The notes beneath the pieces are model-generated. The model did not search any database, had not been told where the DNA came from, and saw only the letters and a program-made list of their open reading frames with translations. Shown here piece after piece: positions 39,801-48,838 of a DNA stretch of 64,000 bases. This DNA comes from Candidatus Latescibacterota bacterium. GTDB taxonomy: Bacteria; Latescibacterota; UBA2968; UBA8231. Location: contig CBDETY010000003.1 in the NCBI GenBank assembly GCA_965243025.1, positions 3,328,001 through 3,392,000 on the forward strand. Direction: 5' to 3'. Made by a program: the position numbers and the translations under genes. Numbering within the stretch: position 1 is the first letter of the stretch; every line of letters starts with the position of its first letter.

Positions 39801-40259
39801 ATGACCGGCGTCGGCGTCATCTCCCTGGCCGGGATCGTCGTCAACAACGCCATCGTCCTCGTCCACTACATCGACGTGCTGCGCCGGCGCGACGGCCTCG
39901 AGCGCCAGGCCGCCCTCGTCCGGGCCGGGCGCACCCGCCTGCGGCCGGTGATCCTGACCGCGGTCACCACCGCGCTGGGCCTGGTGCCGCTGGCCATCGG
40001 CCTCAACTTCGACTTCTTCGGCCTCTACGGCAGCCTCGACCCGGACCTGTTCTGGGGGGGCGAGCAGGCGGCGTGGTGGGGCCCGATGGCGATCGCCGTG
40101 ATCGTCGGCATCCTCTTCGCCACCTTCCTGACCCTGGTCCTGGTGCCGGTGATGTACTCGCTGACCGACGACATGGGGCGATTCTTCGGCCGTCACTTCT
40201 CCGCGGCGGCAGAGCCTGCGGAGAGCCCTGGAAGCAGCGTCCCGGTTCCAGGCGGTTGA
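36843..40259 (+). CDS. RND efflux permease (AcrB family)
   Basis: GMLVDNAIV, STLTT, GIVVNNAIVL, RLRPVILT; start may be ATG 36858. Confidence 0.95.
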   Translation: MSGPEMTDRPRDNDAFNELPVTSWAVRHGTSVLMLFAIIALAGTLAYRGVPKEAFPEIEIPVIAVNTIYPGVSPKDMESLVTRVMEQELRTIPDLKELTSTSVEGYSSVVAEFSTEVDLHEALRQVRERVDLAKAELPADAEEPRIFEFDFEEVPILQVNLSGEYGLVRLKEVGEKLQDRLEQIPSVLRVDLRGGREREVQVDVSLPRLLYYGLTLKDVVETVRNENVNIPGGSIDVGERKFLVRVDGEIDDPLSIGDLVVDAPGGRPVYVRDVAEVDFGFAERQSYARLDGLPVVTLDVIKRTGKNIIETADAVHAAIAAMEADFPPNTVVKTTSDMSRDIRMMVNSLENNILSGLLLIVGVLLFFLGVRTSVFVGVAIPTSMLLSFLLLGLLGVTMNMVVLFSLILSLGMLVDNAIVIVENTYRYVEEGWERATAARKAVGEVALPVIASTLTTLAAFGPLLFWTGTVGEFMKYLPTTLIVTLSSSLFVALVIVPVLCSRWLRLEGERPPTLPRSGRRGLIALAVLAAAGLAAANALTLVLLIVTALAAMVAHRWILGPLARRFQGKGLPWLVDRYEGVLEWALGHRFTVVAGSFSVLAAMVVAFSFFNSGIVFFPEDIPPRQVWVDAEAPVGTRPQFLDGIARELELQVRGVEGYEDAESAVTTVGAGGSPLIGGTQGASDARLMVSFTDYQERRFDSFGTLARMQERVGREIAGAEISVDKPVDGPPQGAPVNIEIAGKDPAVLKDLSDRVLQILRSSPVAGKLSGLESDLDEARPELAVHVDRERAALYGLSTADVAGVVRTAVQGTEASRYRTGNDEYDIVVRLAEPWRKDLESLRDLVVQNGPGEPIPLVSVARWTVGEGLGSIRRKDMDRMATISSDVRAGLNKNAVLAEVQQSLARFADDELPPGYTVRYTGQQEDQAEAMSFLTTAFLAALGLIAFILVTQFNSVIKPLIILTSVIMSTAGVLFGLMVFRMPFGIIMTGVGVISLAGIVVNNAIVLVHYIDVLRRRDGLERQAALVRAGRTRLRPVILTAVTTALGLVPLAIGLNFDFFGLYGSLDPDLFWGGEQAAWWGPMAIAVIVGILFATFLTLVLVPVMYSLTDDMGRFFGRHFSAAAEPAESPGSSVPVPGG

Positions 40260-40407
40260 CGGGTCCGAAGCAGTTACGAGAGCGAGGCTGGCCCCGGGGA
40301 ACCCAGCGGGCCCCGGCAACCTGGCACTGCGGCTGAGGGGCAGCCCTCAGAGGCTGTCCTGGACCCCTGCCTGCCCCTGCTCCTGCCAGTCGGCTTCTCG
40401 TGGACAG

Positions 40408-41271
40408 TCACCGACTCCTATGGGTGTGCCAACGCTCGCTTACAAAGCGGGCAACCCCGTCCTCTTCGTTGGTTTCGATGGTCCCGGTCGCCTGTTCCTT
40501 GAGGGCGGGAATGGCATTGGCCACCGCCAGGGCCTCGTCAGCCGCCGCGAACATGCCCAGGTCGTTTCCGTGGTCTCCAAATACGACCAGGGGTCGGTCT
40601 TCCAGTCCCCGCAGGCGCTTGAGACTCAGGATTCCCCGGTCTTTGGTGGCGCGGGCATCCTGGATGGTCAGCCAGTGCCATCCAGGTGAATACTGATTCT
40701 CGTAGAAGTGGGTCTGCACGCGCCCGGCGTGGCGATGGCCGATCTCCCCGGCCAATCTCTCCAGCTCCGGACCAAGGCCGATCACGGTAAGGCAGACCAC
40801 CTGGTCGTCCAGGCCGCTTTCCAGGTCGGCCAGGTACCGCATGCGCGGATCCCGGTGGCGCCGCCTGTCCCGGACGTACCAGGCCATGCCCTCGTTGGCG
40901 ATATCGCGGTAGTAGCAGCGATCGGCGGTGCCGTCGAAGGCCGAGATGAAGGGGATATGTCCGGCGGCGGAAATCTGCTGCCACAGATCCGGCAGAATGT
41001 CCCGGGCCAGGTCGTTGACGAGGTAGTGCCGGCCGCTCCCCAGATCGGAAACAAAGGCCCCGTTGCATTCGACCACCGGCAATCGCAGGGATAAACCGTC
41101 CAGCAGGTGGCGCATGGAGGCTATGCTGCGGGCGCTGGCCACGGTGAAGAGCAGACCCTGATCCACCAGGCCGTTGAGGGTATCCCGGGTGAACGGAGAG
41201 AGCGATCTGTCGTTGCGCAGCAGGGTGCCGTCCAGATCGGAGACGTACAGAGGTGACTCGGCGGTTTTCAT
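40408..41271 (-). CDS. Cof-type HAD hydrolase
   Basis: SDLDGTLL, ASAR, TK, FGDHGND..MF. Confidence 0.9.
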   Translation of the reverse strand: MKTAESPLYVSDLDGTLLRNDRSLSPFTRDTLNGLVDQGLLFTVASARSIASMRHLLDGLSLRLPVVECNGAFVSDLGSGRHYLVNDLARDILPDLWQQISAAGHIPFISAFDGTADRCYYRDIANEGMAWYVRDRRRHRDPRMRYLADLESGLDDQVVCLTVIGLGPELERLAGEIGHRHAGRVQTHFYENQYSPGWHWLTIQDARATKDRGILSLKRLRGLEDRPLVVFGDHGNDLGMFAAADEALAVANAIPALKEQATGTIETNEEDGVARFVSERWHTHRSR

Positions 41272-41364
41272 GCGGCCCCTTTGCCTGCAGGTGAACCCGG
41301 GGGGAATTCCCGGATCATTAATGTGCAGTACGATCCGACCGGGCCGGTATTTGGAGGGAGTTGC

Positions 41365-42501
41365 GTGTTCTCAGACGAGGAACTCATTGTCAGGTGCAAC
41401 CAGGGAAGTCAGGACGCCTTTCGCCTGCTTGTGGACAGGCATTGGGCAAGCGTCGTGCGAACGGTTTCGTCCCTTCTCGGCGATCCGGACGATGTCGAGG
41501 ATGCCGCGCAGGAAGCGTTCATCCTGGCCTGCAGGCGCCTCGATGATCTGAAAGACCCCGGCAAGTTCCCGGCATGGCTGCACACCATCGCCCGCAACGC
41601 CGCACGGAAGGCGCTGCGGCAAAAGCGGCTCGAGCGGGAACGCCTGCCGGAGCACGAGTTGAGGAACGGTCTGCTCGCATCGGACTTGCAGGTCTCCCTC
41701 GACTACAGGGAGCTCAAGGCCCTGGTCAACAGCCTCGCCCCGCCGGACAGGGCCGTCGTCACCCTTTTCTATCTGGCCGGTATGGAGCTCCATCGAATCG
41801 CCGAACAGCTCGGCATACCCGTGGGCACGGCAAAAAGCCGACTCCACAGATCGCGCAGACTGATGCGAGAAAGGATCCGGGACATGGAACGGAAATCACA
41901 CGAGCGCACCGCCTCTCCGGAGACCTCCCCGCGCGACGTCATCGGGGGAATGAGGGGGCTCATCAACTGGCAGGTGGTTCCAGCCGATGAGGGGCTGTCT
42001 TCCTGGAGGCCGCATCCGGCCGCGGAGCGGGACGCTCTCGACAAGACCTGGAAAGTCGAAGGCAACGCCGTCGTCGGTGACAGCAGGGAACTCGGGGAGG
42101 AATCCCCCCTGCTCGTCGCCGGCGAACCGGCCTGGTCCGACTACGAGCTCTCCTTTCTGATGACCCCGATCTCCGGAGGGAACGCCCAGGCGGCCTTCCG
42201 CCTGTCCGAGGAGGGGAGGAGCTTCTATATGCTCGATTTCCTCCTGGGATGGCAGGCGGTTGCCGTCAGCAGGGTGGTCGACCGCGGTGTAACCAAGCTG
42301 AGCGTAGTGAACCACGCTCTTCACGCCGGACAGGAATACGAGGTCCAGATCGCAGCCCGGGGTGCCTCCCTGACCTCGTACGTCGACGGGAAGCTGGTCA
42401 ACCAGGTTGCCGACGAGACCTTCCGCGCCGGGGCTTTCGGCTTTATGGTGTGGGAGAGCAGCACGGCCTTCCGGGACGTGAGGTACCGTCTTCTGCACTG
42501 A
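41365..42501 (+). CDS. ECF sigma factor with C-terminal DUF1080-like domain
   Basis: EDAAQEAF..WL..IARN (sigma2), IAEQLGIPVGTAKSRLHR (sigma4), then WSDYEL..SYVDGKLVN..FRDVRYR; GGAGG RBS before GTG. Confidence 0.85.
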   Translation: MFSDEELIVRCNQGSQDAFRLLVDRHWASVVRTVSSLLGDPDDVEDAAQEAFILACRRLDDLKDPGKFPAWLHTIARNAARKALRQKRLERERLPEHELRNGLLASDLQVSLDYRELKALVNSLAPPDRAVVTLFYLAGMELHRIAEQLGIPVGTAKSRLHRSRRLMRERIRDMERKSHERTASPETSPRDVIGGMRGLINWQVVPADEGLSSWRPHPAAERDALDKTWKVEGNAVVGDSRELGEESPLLVAGEPAWSDYELSFLMTPISGGNAQAAFRLSEEGRSFYMLDFLLGWQAVAVSRVVDRGVTKLSVVNHALHAGQEYEVQIAARGASLTSYVDGKLVNQVADETFRAGAFGFMVWESSTAFRDVRYRLLH

Positions 42502-42587
42502 AAGCCGCGCGCGCTTTCAGCTCCGCCAATGCCACCGTGAGAACTACCAGTCATCCAGGCCCACTCGGAAGTCGCGAGGAACCAGGC

Positions 42588-43772
42588 ATGCAGTGCGTAC
42601 TGCTTCTGTCTGCCATCTTTCTGACGTCGAAACTCTCGGGCGCCGACGACCTGTCCGGCGCAGGTGTCCTTGCCCCGGCTGCAACCGCCACAACCTCAGC
42701 GGGCGCGGATCTTGCCGATCCCGCCCCGGAAAGAGACCGGACGATGCCTCTGCTCGTGGACGCCCACCCCTCGCAACCGAACCTTTCGACTCTCATCTCC
42801 GTCCTCCATCCCATGCTGCAGAGCGCCGGACAGACGGAGTGGTCCACCGACCGTCTGCGCGGCGTAACCGGACACGCCTTCGCCTTCGAGATGCGAAAGG
42901 GCGGCGGGGAAGTCTGGCACGACGCCAACCTCGACTGGTGGCTCTGGTACGATCTCTACCCGCAGGTTGCGCAGTTCCGTGTTTTCTACGCTACGAAGGC
43001 GGACCCCGGCGTCGACCTTCCCGCCCTCAAGGCCGAAGCGAGGGATGCCGTTCGGGCGAGCCTGCAGAAGGGCATCCCCGCCCTTGCCTGGCAGGCGATG
43101 AGCCCGGAGCAGAAGGCGAGCGGAATCGGGGCGGGCAACTGGGGCATGCTCGCCGGGTACGCCGACACCGGCGAGACCTACACGATCAGGCACAAATGGC
43201 GGACCCGGGAAGGGTCGGATTTCTCCGTTCGCTACGACGCCATCGGCCACACCGACCCGGTCGAGCTGTTCAACGTGATGGTATACGACGGTCCGTCGGA
43301 GGTTGACGAAGGGACAACCCACCGCACGGCGCTGCGGAATGCGGTCGCTTTCGCGAACGGAACGCGGTATGACCCGTCAGAGGCCGTGTACGACGTCGAC
43401 GCCCGCGGATTCGCCGCGTACGAGCTCTGGAGTGAAGCCCTCGAGTCGGAGGACGTCTCTCCCTTCCATTCCCATTTCCACGCCCGCATCATCAGGGCCA
43501 GCCGGCAAGGTGCCGCGGGGTATCTCCGGGAGCTCGTCGCCCTGTTCCCGGAAGCGGGTGAGGAGCTGAACGCCGCGGGTGCCCGGTATGAACGGGAACT
43601 GGAAGCGCTGGAGCCGCTTTACGAGATATGCCATACCGCGAAGCACGAGGACAACTTTCCGGAGGACGCCCGCGCCAGGGCGCGCGCCCTCATCGCTGAA
43701 GCGCTCGAGGCGGACCGGGCGGCGGTGGCTCACATCGAGGCGGCACTGACCATCCTGGACCCATCGGAGTAG
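42588..43772 (+). CDS. Secreted hypothetical protein
   Basis: GAGG RBS, signal-like N-terminus, globular composition (GVTGHAFAF, WGMLAGY). Confidence 0.6.
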   Translation: MQCVLLLSAIFLTSKLSGADDLSGAGVLAPAATATTSAGADLADPAPERDRTMPLLVDAHPSQPNLSTLISVLHPMLQSAGQTEWSTDRLRGVTGHAFAFEMRKGGGEVWHDANLDWWLWYDLYPQVAQFRVFYATKADPGVDLPALKAEARDAVRASLQKGIPALAWQAMSPEQKASGIGAGNWGMLAGYADTGETYTIRHKWRTREGSDFSVRYDAIGHTDPVELFNVMVYDGPSEVDEGTTHRTALRNAVAFANGTRYDPSEAVYDVDARGFAAYELWSEALESEDVSPFHSHFHARIIRASRQGAAGYLRELVALFPEAGEELNAAGARYERELEALEPLYEICHTAKHEDNFPEDARARARALIAEALEADRAAVAHIEAALTILDPSE

Positions 43773-43833
43773 ACGAGAGACAGGCGATGGGCAACTTCCG
43801 AAAGCGCCCGGTCCGGTGCCGCAGGTTTCGAGC

Positions 43834-44271
43834 ATGAAACGGGTTTCCACATCGCCCGACGAATACCTGGCGTCCCTGCCGGCGGAGATCCGCGGCGACA
43901 TGGAGACGCTGGACCGGCGCATCTCCGCGGCCCTGCCCGGTCACCGGCGCATCCTGTGGGAGGGGGTGTTCTGGGGCGGCAGCGAACAGGCCATCATCGG
44001 CTACGGCGACTACTCCTACGTGCGCTCCGACAGAAAGCCGGTGGAGTGGTTCATCGTCGGGCTGGCGCGGCAGAAGAACTACTACAGCGTCTACGTCAAC
44101 GCCGCCGACGGGCGCCGCTACCTGACCGAGGCGTACGCCGGCAGGCTCGGCAAAGTCAAGGCGGGCAAGAGCAGCATCAGCTTCCGAAGGCTGGCGGACG
44201 TCGAAATGGAGGTGCTGCTGGAGCTGGTCGAGCGCGCCGGCGTGCTGATGGGGGGCGGCGAAGCGGAGTAA
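43834..44271 (+). CDS. DUF1801 domain protein
   Basis: IIGYG..EWF.VGLA.QKNY.S.Y..LGK..GKS.I.F. Confidence 0.8.
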   Translation: MKRVSTSPDEYLASLPAEIRGDMETLDRRISAALPGHRRILWEGVFWGGSEQAIIGYGDYSYVRSDRKPVEWFIVGLARQKNYYSVYVNAADGRRYLTEAYAGRLGKVKAGKSSISFRRLADVEMEVLLELVERAGVLMGGGEAE

Positions 44272-44390
44272 CCGGGGCGAAACGAGCTGGAAATGAAACG
44301 GAAACAGAAGAATGACATGATTCCATTTGACATTTAAAAACAATGGGTTATGATATATCTCCTCCGAAACAGGACGGAAATGAGCGGTAA

Positions 44391-45677
44391 ATGGAATCCC
44401 CGGCCATCAGCAGCTACGCTATACCGCAGCGGTGGATACGCTACGACCTTCAGGCGGTTTTCGAGTTGCTGGTTCAGGCCAGGACCGCCGCCGGAGTCCT
44501 GAACCAAATGCCGTATCTGCCCCAGTGGATCGAGCAGGTCCACGAGGAGCAGCTGCGGCTGGAGGCCGCCGGCACCTCCCGCATCGAAGGCGCCGAGTTC
44601 ACACAGGGGGAACAGGAAGAAGCCCTCGCTGCCGACTCTCCCGCACACGCCGGCCTGACCCATTCCCAGCGGCAACTGCGGGCCGCCGACGCCACATACC
44701 GCTGGATGCGCTCCCTGCCGGCCGACCGATGGGTCTCGACCGACTTCATCCTGGACATCCACCGGCGCATCGTGACCGGCTGCGACGACGATCACTGCGA
44801 GCCCGGTGCCCTGCGCCCCCAGGGCTGGAACGTCACCTTCGGCACGCCTGCCTGCCGGGGGGCCGAAGGGGGCGCCGAGTGCCGCACCGCCTTCGACTCT
44901 CTCTGTTCCGCAATCGAGGGGGAGTTCCGGCAACACGACCGGATCATCCAGGCCATCGCCACCCACTACCACGTGGGATCGATGCATCCCTTCGGCGACG
45001 GCAACGGCCGCACCGCCCGCGCCCTGGAGGCGTTCATGCTGCGGCAGGCCGGGGTCAACGAAATGGTGATGGTCAGCCTTTCCAACTACTACTACGAGCA
45101 CAAGGAGGAGTACCTGGGGGCGCTCTTCGCCTCCCGGCGCGGGGGACACGACCTGACCCCCTTCCTCCAATTCGCCTTAGGGGCGGTCACCGGGCAGTGC
45201 AGCGCAGTAGCCGCGGCCATCGCCGCCAACCATCAGCGCACGCTGTTCCGGGAATTCGCCAGATCGTTGTTCGGACAGCTCCGCAGTCCCCGTCGCCGGG
45301 TCCTGGCGGGCCGCCAACTCAAAGTCCTGGAGGTCCTGCTGGATGGCGGTTCCATCAGCGTGAATGAACTGGCGAACCGGGTCCGGGGCGATTACGACGG
45401 CCTGAAATTCCCTGACCGTGCGTTTGTGCGGGATATGGTCGGGCTGCTCGAGCTGTCCGCGATCGCGCTTGACGACAACGGGGTCGCCGTCAACCCGGAC
45501 TGGCCGCGGCAGTCCTCGGAGTCGGAACTGCTGGAACTGCTGGAGAGCATGCCCGCTGCCCCACCGGCCGGAAACCCGGCCATGGCGAAGTTGTCCCGGC
45601 TGTTGGGGCGGGAGCGAGGGCGGGGCCTTCCCGGGCGCCGGTTCCTTCAGTCGCCGACCCGGTTTTCCTCGATGTAG
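44391..45677 (+). CDS. Fic-family protein with C-terminal HTH-like region
   Basis: Canonical HPFGDGNGRTAR motif; TSRIEG; TTGACA..TATGAT promoter at 44327..44354. Confidence 0.9.
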   Translation: MESPAISSYAIPQRWIRYDLQAVFELLVQARTAAGVLNQMPYLPQWIEQVHEEQLRLEAAGTSRIEGAEFTQGEQEEALAADSPAHAGLTHSQRQLRAADATYRWMRSLPADRWVSTDFILDIHRRIVTGCDDDHCEPGALRPQGWNVTFGTPACRGAEGGAECRTAFDSLCSAIEGEFRQHDRIIQAIATHYHVGSMHPFGDGNGRTARALEAFMLRQAGVNEMVMVSLSNYYYEHKEEYLGALFASRRGGHDLTPFLQFALGAVTGQCSAVAAAIAANHQRTLFREFARSLFGQLRSPRRRVLAGRQLKVLEVLLDGGSISVNELANRVRGDYDGLKFPDRAFVRDMVGLLELSAIALDDNGVAVNPDWPRQSSESELLELLESMPAAPPAGNPAMAKLSRLLGRERGRGLPGRRFLQSPTRFSSM

Positions 45678-46792
45678 TCCCAGTCGAACTCCATCCCGAG
45701 ACCGGGGGTCTGCGGGAGGATTGCGTTGCCCTCCTCATCGAGGGGATCGCAGATCGCCTTCAGGTGCGGCGGAGGAGTCTCGTAGTCGACTTCCGGGTGC
45801 AGCAGGCCGCGCTCGAAGTACTCGCACGTGGCCTCGGTGGTGGCCCCGAGAATCTGGCTGTTTGCCCAGCCCCCTCCGTGCATCTCGCACTGCAGCCCGA
45901 ACGCCTGCGCGACGTTGGCCATCTTCCAGGACCCGGAGATGCCCCCGTAGTTGTGGTCGATGCGCAGCATGTCCGAGGCCCCCTGAAGCACCCACTCGGC
46001 GCGGGTGAAGACCCCGCCCGGAACGTGCTCGGGCGCCAGCACGGCGATGTCGAGCTCCCGGGTGAGGCGGCGGTACGGCTCCATGCGCGTCTCGATCATC
46101 GGGTGCTCCAGCCAGTAGTACCCGAGCTTCTCCAGCTCGCGCCCCACCCACAGGGCCTGCTCGGCGGTGTAGACGCCGAACGGGTCCAGCATCAGCACCA
46201 TGTCGTCGCCGACCGCCTCGCGCACGGCCTTGCAGACCTCGACGTCCTCCCTGGGGAACCCCGGCACCTGCGGGGCAGGTTCCCACGTCCGGGGATTCCA
46301 GCATATGTAGGCATGCACCTTGTAGGCCTTGTATCCCTGCCGCTTGCAGGCGGCGGCGTGCTCGGCGTAGAGCTCGGGCTTGCCCATGTTCGGGTAGGTG
46401 CTCGCATACGCCTTGACCCGCTTCCTGGCGCCGCCCAGCAGCTTGCTGACCGGCAGTCCCGCCATGCGTCCCAGCAGGTCCCACAGGGCGCAGTCCACGG
46501 TGCCGGCGACGTGTTCCGGCAGGCCGTGGCCGAAGGTGGTCAGCTGGTCCATCCAATTCCACAGTTGCTCGCGGTTGAGGGGGTCCTCCCCGACGAGCAT
46601 CCGTTTCACCGGTCCCTCGATATAGCGTCGGTCGCCCCCCACCATGTACCCTTCCAACCCTTCGTCGGTCGATATCCGGGTGATGGCGTCGGTGCTCTCG
46701 CGCTCCTCTCCCAGCACGCCGTACCCCCACTTGGACGGCCGTTGCCGCGTCGTGCTGCGGAAGGTGATGACCTCTATGTCGGTGATCTTCAT
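45647..46792 (-). CDS. Mandelate racemase/muconate lactonizing enzyme (enolase superfamily)
   Basis: DCALWDLLGR..P..LLGG, YKVH, LMLD, WLEHP, PE. Confidence 0.9.
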   Translation of the reverse strand: MKITDIEVITFRSTTRQRPSKWGYGVLGEERESTDAITRISTDEGLEGYMVGGDRRYIEGPVKRMLVGEDPLNREQLWNWMDQLTTFGHGLPEHVAGTVDCALWDLLGRMAGLPVSKLLGGARKRVKAYASTYPNMGKPELYAEHAAACKRQGYKAYKVHAYICWNPRTWEPAPQVPGFPREDVEVCKAVREAVGDDMVLMLDPFGVYTAEQALWVGRELEKLGYYWLEHPMIETRMEPYRRLTRELDIAVLAPEHVPGGVFTRAEWVLQGASDMLRIDHNYGGISGSWKMANVAQAFGLQCEMHGGGWANSQILGATTEATCEYFERGLLHPEVDYETPPPHLKAICDPLDEEGNAILPQTPGLGMEFDWDYIEENRVGD

Positions 46793-47538
46793 GGCTGTTC
46801 GCCCTCCAGCCCCTTCAGCTCCGCCACCGCCCTTTCATGGACGAACCCGCCGTACACATCCCCCACGGGCAGCCCGACCGCCTTCGACAGCAGCTCCTTC
46901 GCCCGCTCCCTGCCCTTCTTGCCGTCGAGCTTCGGCAGCCTGAGAGCATAGTCCAGCAGCACGACCTTCGACTCCGGGGCCAGCTCGAAGGCGCGCTCGA
47001 AGTGGGCGGCCGCTTTCTTTTTGGTCGCCCCGTACATGACCCGGGCCGGCAGGCCCCCGGCGCGGTCGACGATGTCGGCGTTCCACCCGCCGAGGGCCAG
47101 GTGCGCCAGGGCGTGGTCGGGATCGAGGGCGAGGGTCGCCTCGAACATCTTGCGGGTCTTGCCCCCGAGTCCTTTGCGCAGCGCCGTCATCGTGCCGATG
47201 CTCTGCGCGTAGCGGCCGAGGGCGTGGCCGGACTGGAAATACCCCTCCGGGTTGGCGCTGTCGGCGCGCACCGCCTCCTCCCCCATCCGCAGGGCCCGTT
47301 CGAACAGCCCCTTCCTCTCTTCCTCGGGGGCGGCGTAGTGCCCGTACACCGCCAGGGCTCGCGCCGCCAGGGCGAACCCTTGGGAGGTCCCTGCGGCTTC
47401 GGCGATTCCGGCCGCCTCGACGAAACGGCCCTCCGCGAATGCGGACTTCGCCTCGTCGAGGGACTCGGCGCTGGCGCCGGCCGCGGCGAGCACGAGCCCC
47501 CCGGCCGCTGCGATCCAGGCAATTCGGGAATTGGTCAT
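46789..47538 (-). CDS. Secreted TPR-like protein
   Basis: Signal peptide (..GASA), TPR-like helices (ALALDPDH-type, RAFELAP). Confidence 0.7.
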   Translation of the reverse strand: MTNSRIAWIAAAGGLVLAAAGASAESLDEAKSAFAEGRFVEAAGIAEAAGTSQGFALAARALAVYGHYAAPEEERKGLFERALRMGEEAVRADSANPEGYFQSGHALGRYAQSIGTMTALRKGLGGKTRKMFEATLALDPDHALAHLALGGWNADIVDRAGGLPARVMYGATKKKAAAHFERAFELAPESKVVLLDYALRLPKLDGKKGRERAKELLSKAVGLPVGDVYGGFVHERAVAELKGLEGEQP

Positions 47539-47617
47539 CTCACTCACTCCGGTGAAAAAGCCATCGCGCTCTGAACGATGGCAGCAGTGCTCTCGCCGCA
47601 CCCGGGAGGGGTACCGG

Positions 47618-48643
47618 TCACCGGTTCCCCACCTTCACCCCCTGCACGGAAAACACTTCTTCGAGGAAGTTCTCACCCAGGCGCACGTAGCCGGCGGCGT
47701 CCGGGTGGAGGTTGTCGGGCAGGTGTTCGGCGAGGCTTTCGTCGAAGAGCTTCAGGCCGTCAATGTAATGAATGTAATGGATGTCGGCGTCGCCGCGCCT
47801 TGAGAACGCCTCCACGGCCTCGGCGACCTCGACGCGCATCTGCGCCAGGGTCAGGCCGACCGCGTTGGGCGCGGTCTCGCGGTCGTGCCCCCAGATCGGG
47901 GAGCAGACCGCCAGCGGGGTTTCGGGATGGCCGTCGCGGATGGCGGCAATAGTGCCGAGGACGGCCGGGCGGAAGGCGCGCGGGCCGAGGCTGGCGGCGC
48001 CGTAGATGTTGATGCCGATCTTGACCGAGATGAAGTCCGCGGGCAGGTCGCGGATCAGCCGGGCGACGAAGGGGTCGGCGTGGCACTGGCCGCCGAAACC
48101 CAGCGACGTGAGGTTGAAGTCCCTGGCCCGTGCTACCACCCCGGGCCAGGTAGCGGCGGGGGATCCGGCGCTGCGGCAGTGGGTGATGGAGCTTCCGTAG
48201 GTGACCCACTTCGGCCGGGTGTCCTCGCTCTTTTCGCAGCAGGCTCCCCCGGGCAATTCAATGTGGCGCACCGCTACGGGCATGGAGGGCGACAGCCAGA
48301 TCTCCAGGGACTTTTCGCCCGCTGGCAACCCCTCGAAACGGACCTCGGCCGCCCCGGCCGCGTACGCAGCGGTGGCCTCGGTCCGCCCGTCGATGCACAG
48401 GTCGAAGCAGCCGTCCTCGGCCAGCGGCTCACAGCCGACGGCCAGGTCTTCGGCGTCGGTGGCCAGGCGCACGCGCACGCCCGAAGGCATCTCCGCCCGC
48501 CCGGCAAGGCCGTCCTCTCCGGGGGAGTACAGGTCGAGATCTCCATGGGGAACGCGCCAGGGCTTGACCCAGCCGGGCCCCTCTTCGAGAGAGACGGCGC
48601 CGCTCCAGGTCAGGCGGGGGTCAACGGCAGGGATGAGGGGCAT
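47618..48643 (-). CDS. SGNH/GDSL hydrolase
   Basis: YGSSITH, LGFGG, GIN, DNLHP. Confidence 0.9.
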   Translation of the reverse strand: MPLIPAVDPRLTWSGAVSLEEGPGWVKPWRVPHGDLDLYSPGEDGLAGRAEMPSGVRVRLATDAEDLAVGCEPLAEDGCFDLCIDGRTEATAAYAAGAAEVRFEGLPAGEKSLEIWLSPSMPVAVRHIELPGGACCEKSEDTRPKWVTYGSSITHCRSAGSPAATWPGVVARARDFNLTSLGFGGQCHADPFVARLIRDLPADFISVKIGINIYGAASLGPRAFRPAVLGTIAAIRDGHPETPLAVCSPIWGHDRETAPNAVGLTLAQMRVEVAEAVEAFSRRGDADIHYIHYIDGLKLFDESLAEHLPDNLHPDAAGYVRLGENFLEEVFSVQGVKVGNR

Positions 48644-48838
48644 GAAAAACTCCTTTCCGTTGGGAGAGAGAAGCTCAGTCGTTCCCGGGCAGGATGCGGT
48701 TGTTCACGGACGGCCCGGAACCTCGTGCCTGCTTGCGCATTCCGCGAGGATCCGGCCGCACGATTTCGCGCCCCGGCACCTGTTGCCTGCCTGCAGCATT
48801 TCGGCGCGAACCCGGCAGCTTGATTTCGCCCGCGGGCA

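Noticed and set aside
36624-40336. Long alternate and antisense ORFs (1231 aa, 1178 aa) and similar ones elsewhere
   Set aside because: Typical high-GC shadow ORFs overlapping well-supported genes
47762-47779. 9-bp tandem duplication giving IHYIHY in the SGNH hydrolase
   Set aside because: In-frame micro-duplication with no evident functional meaning
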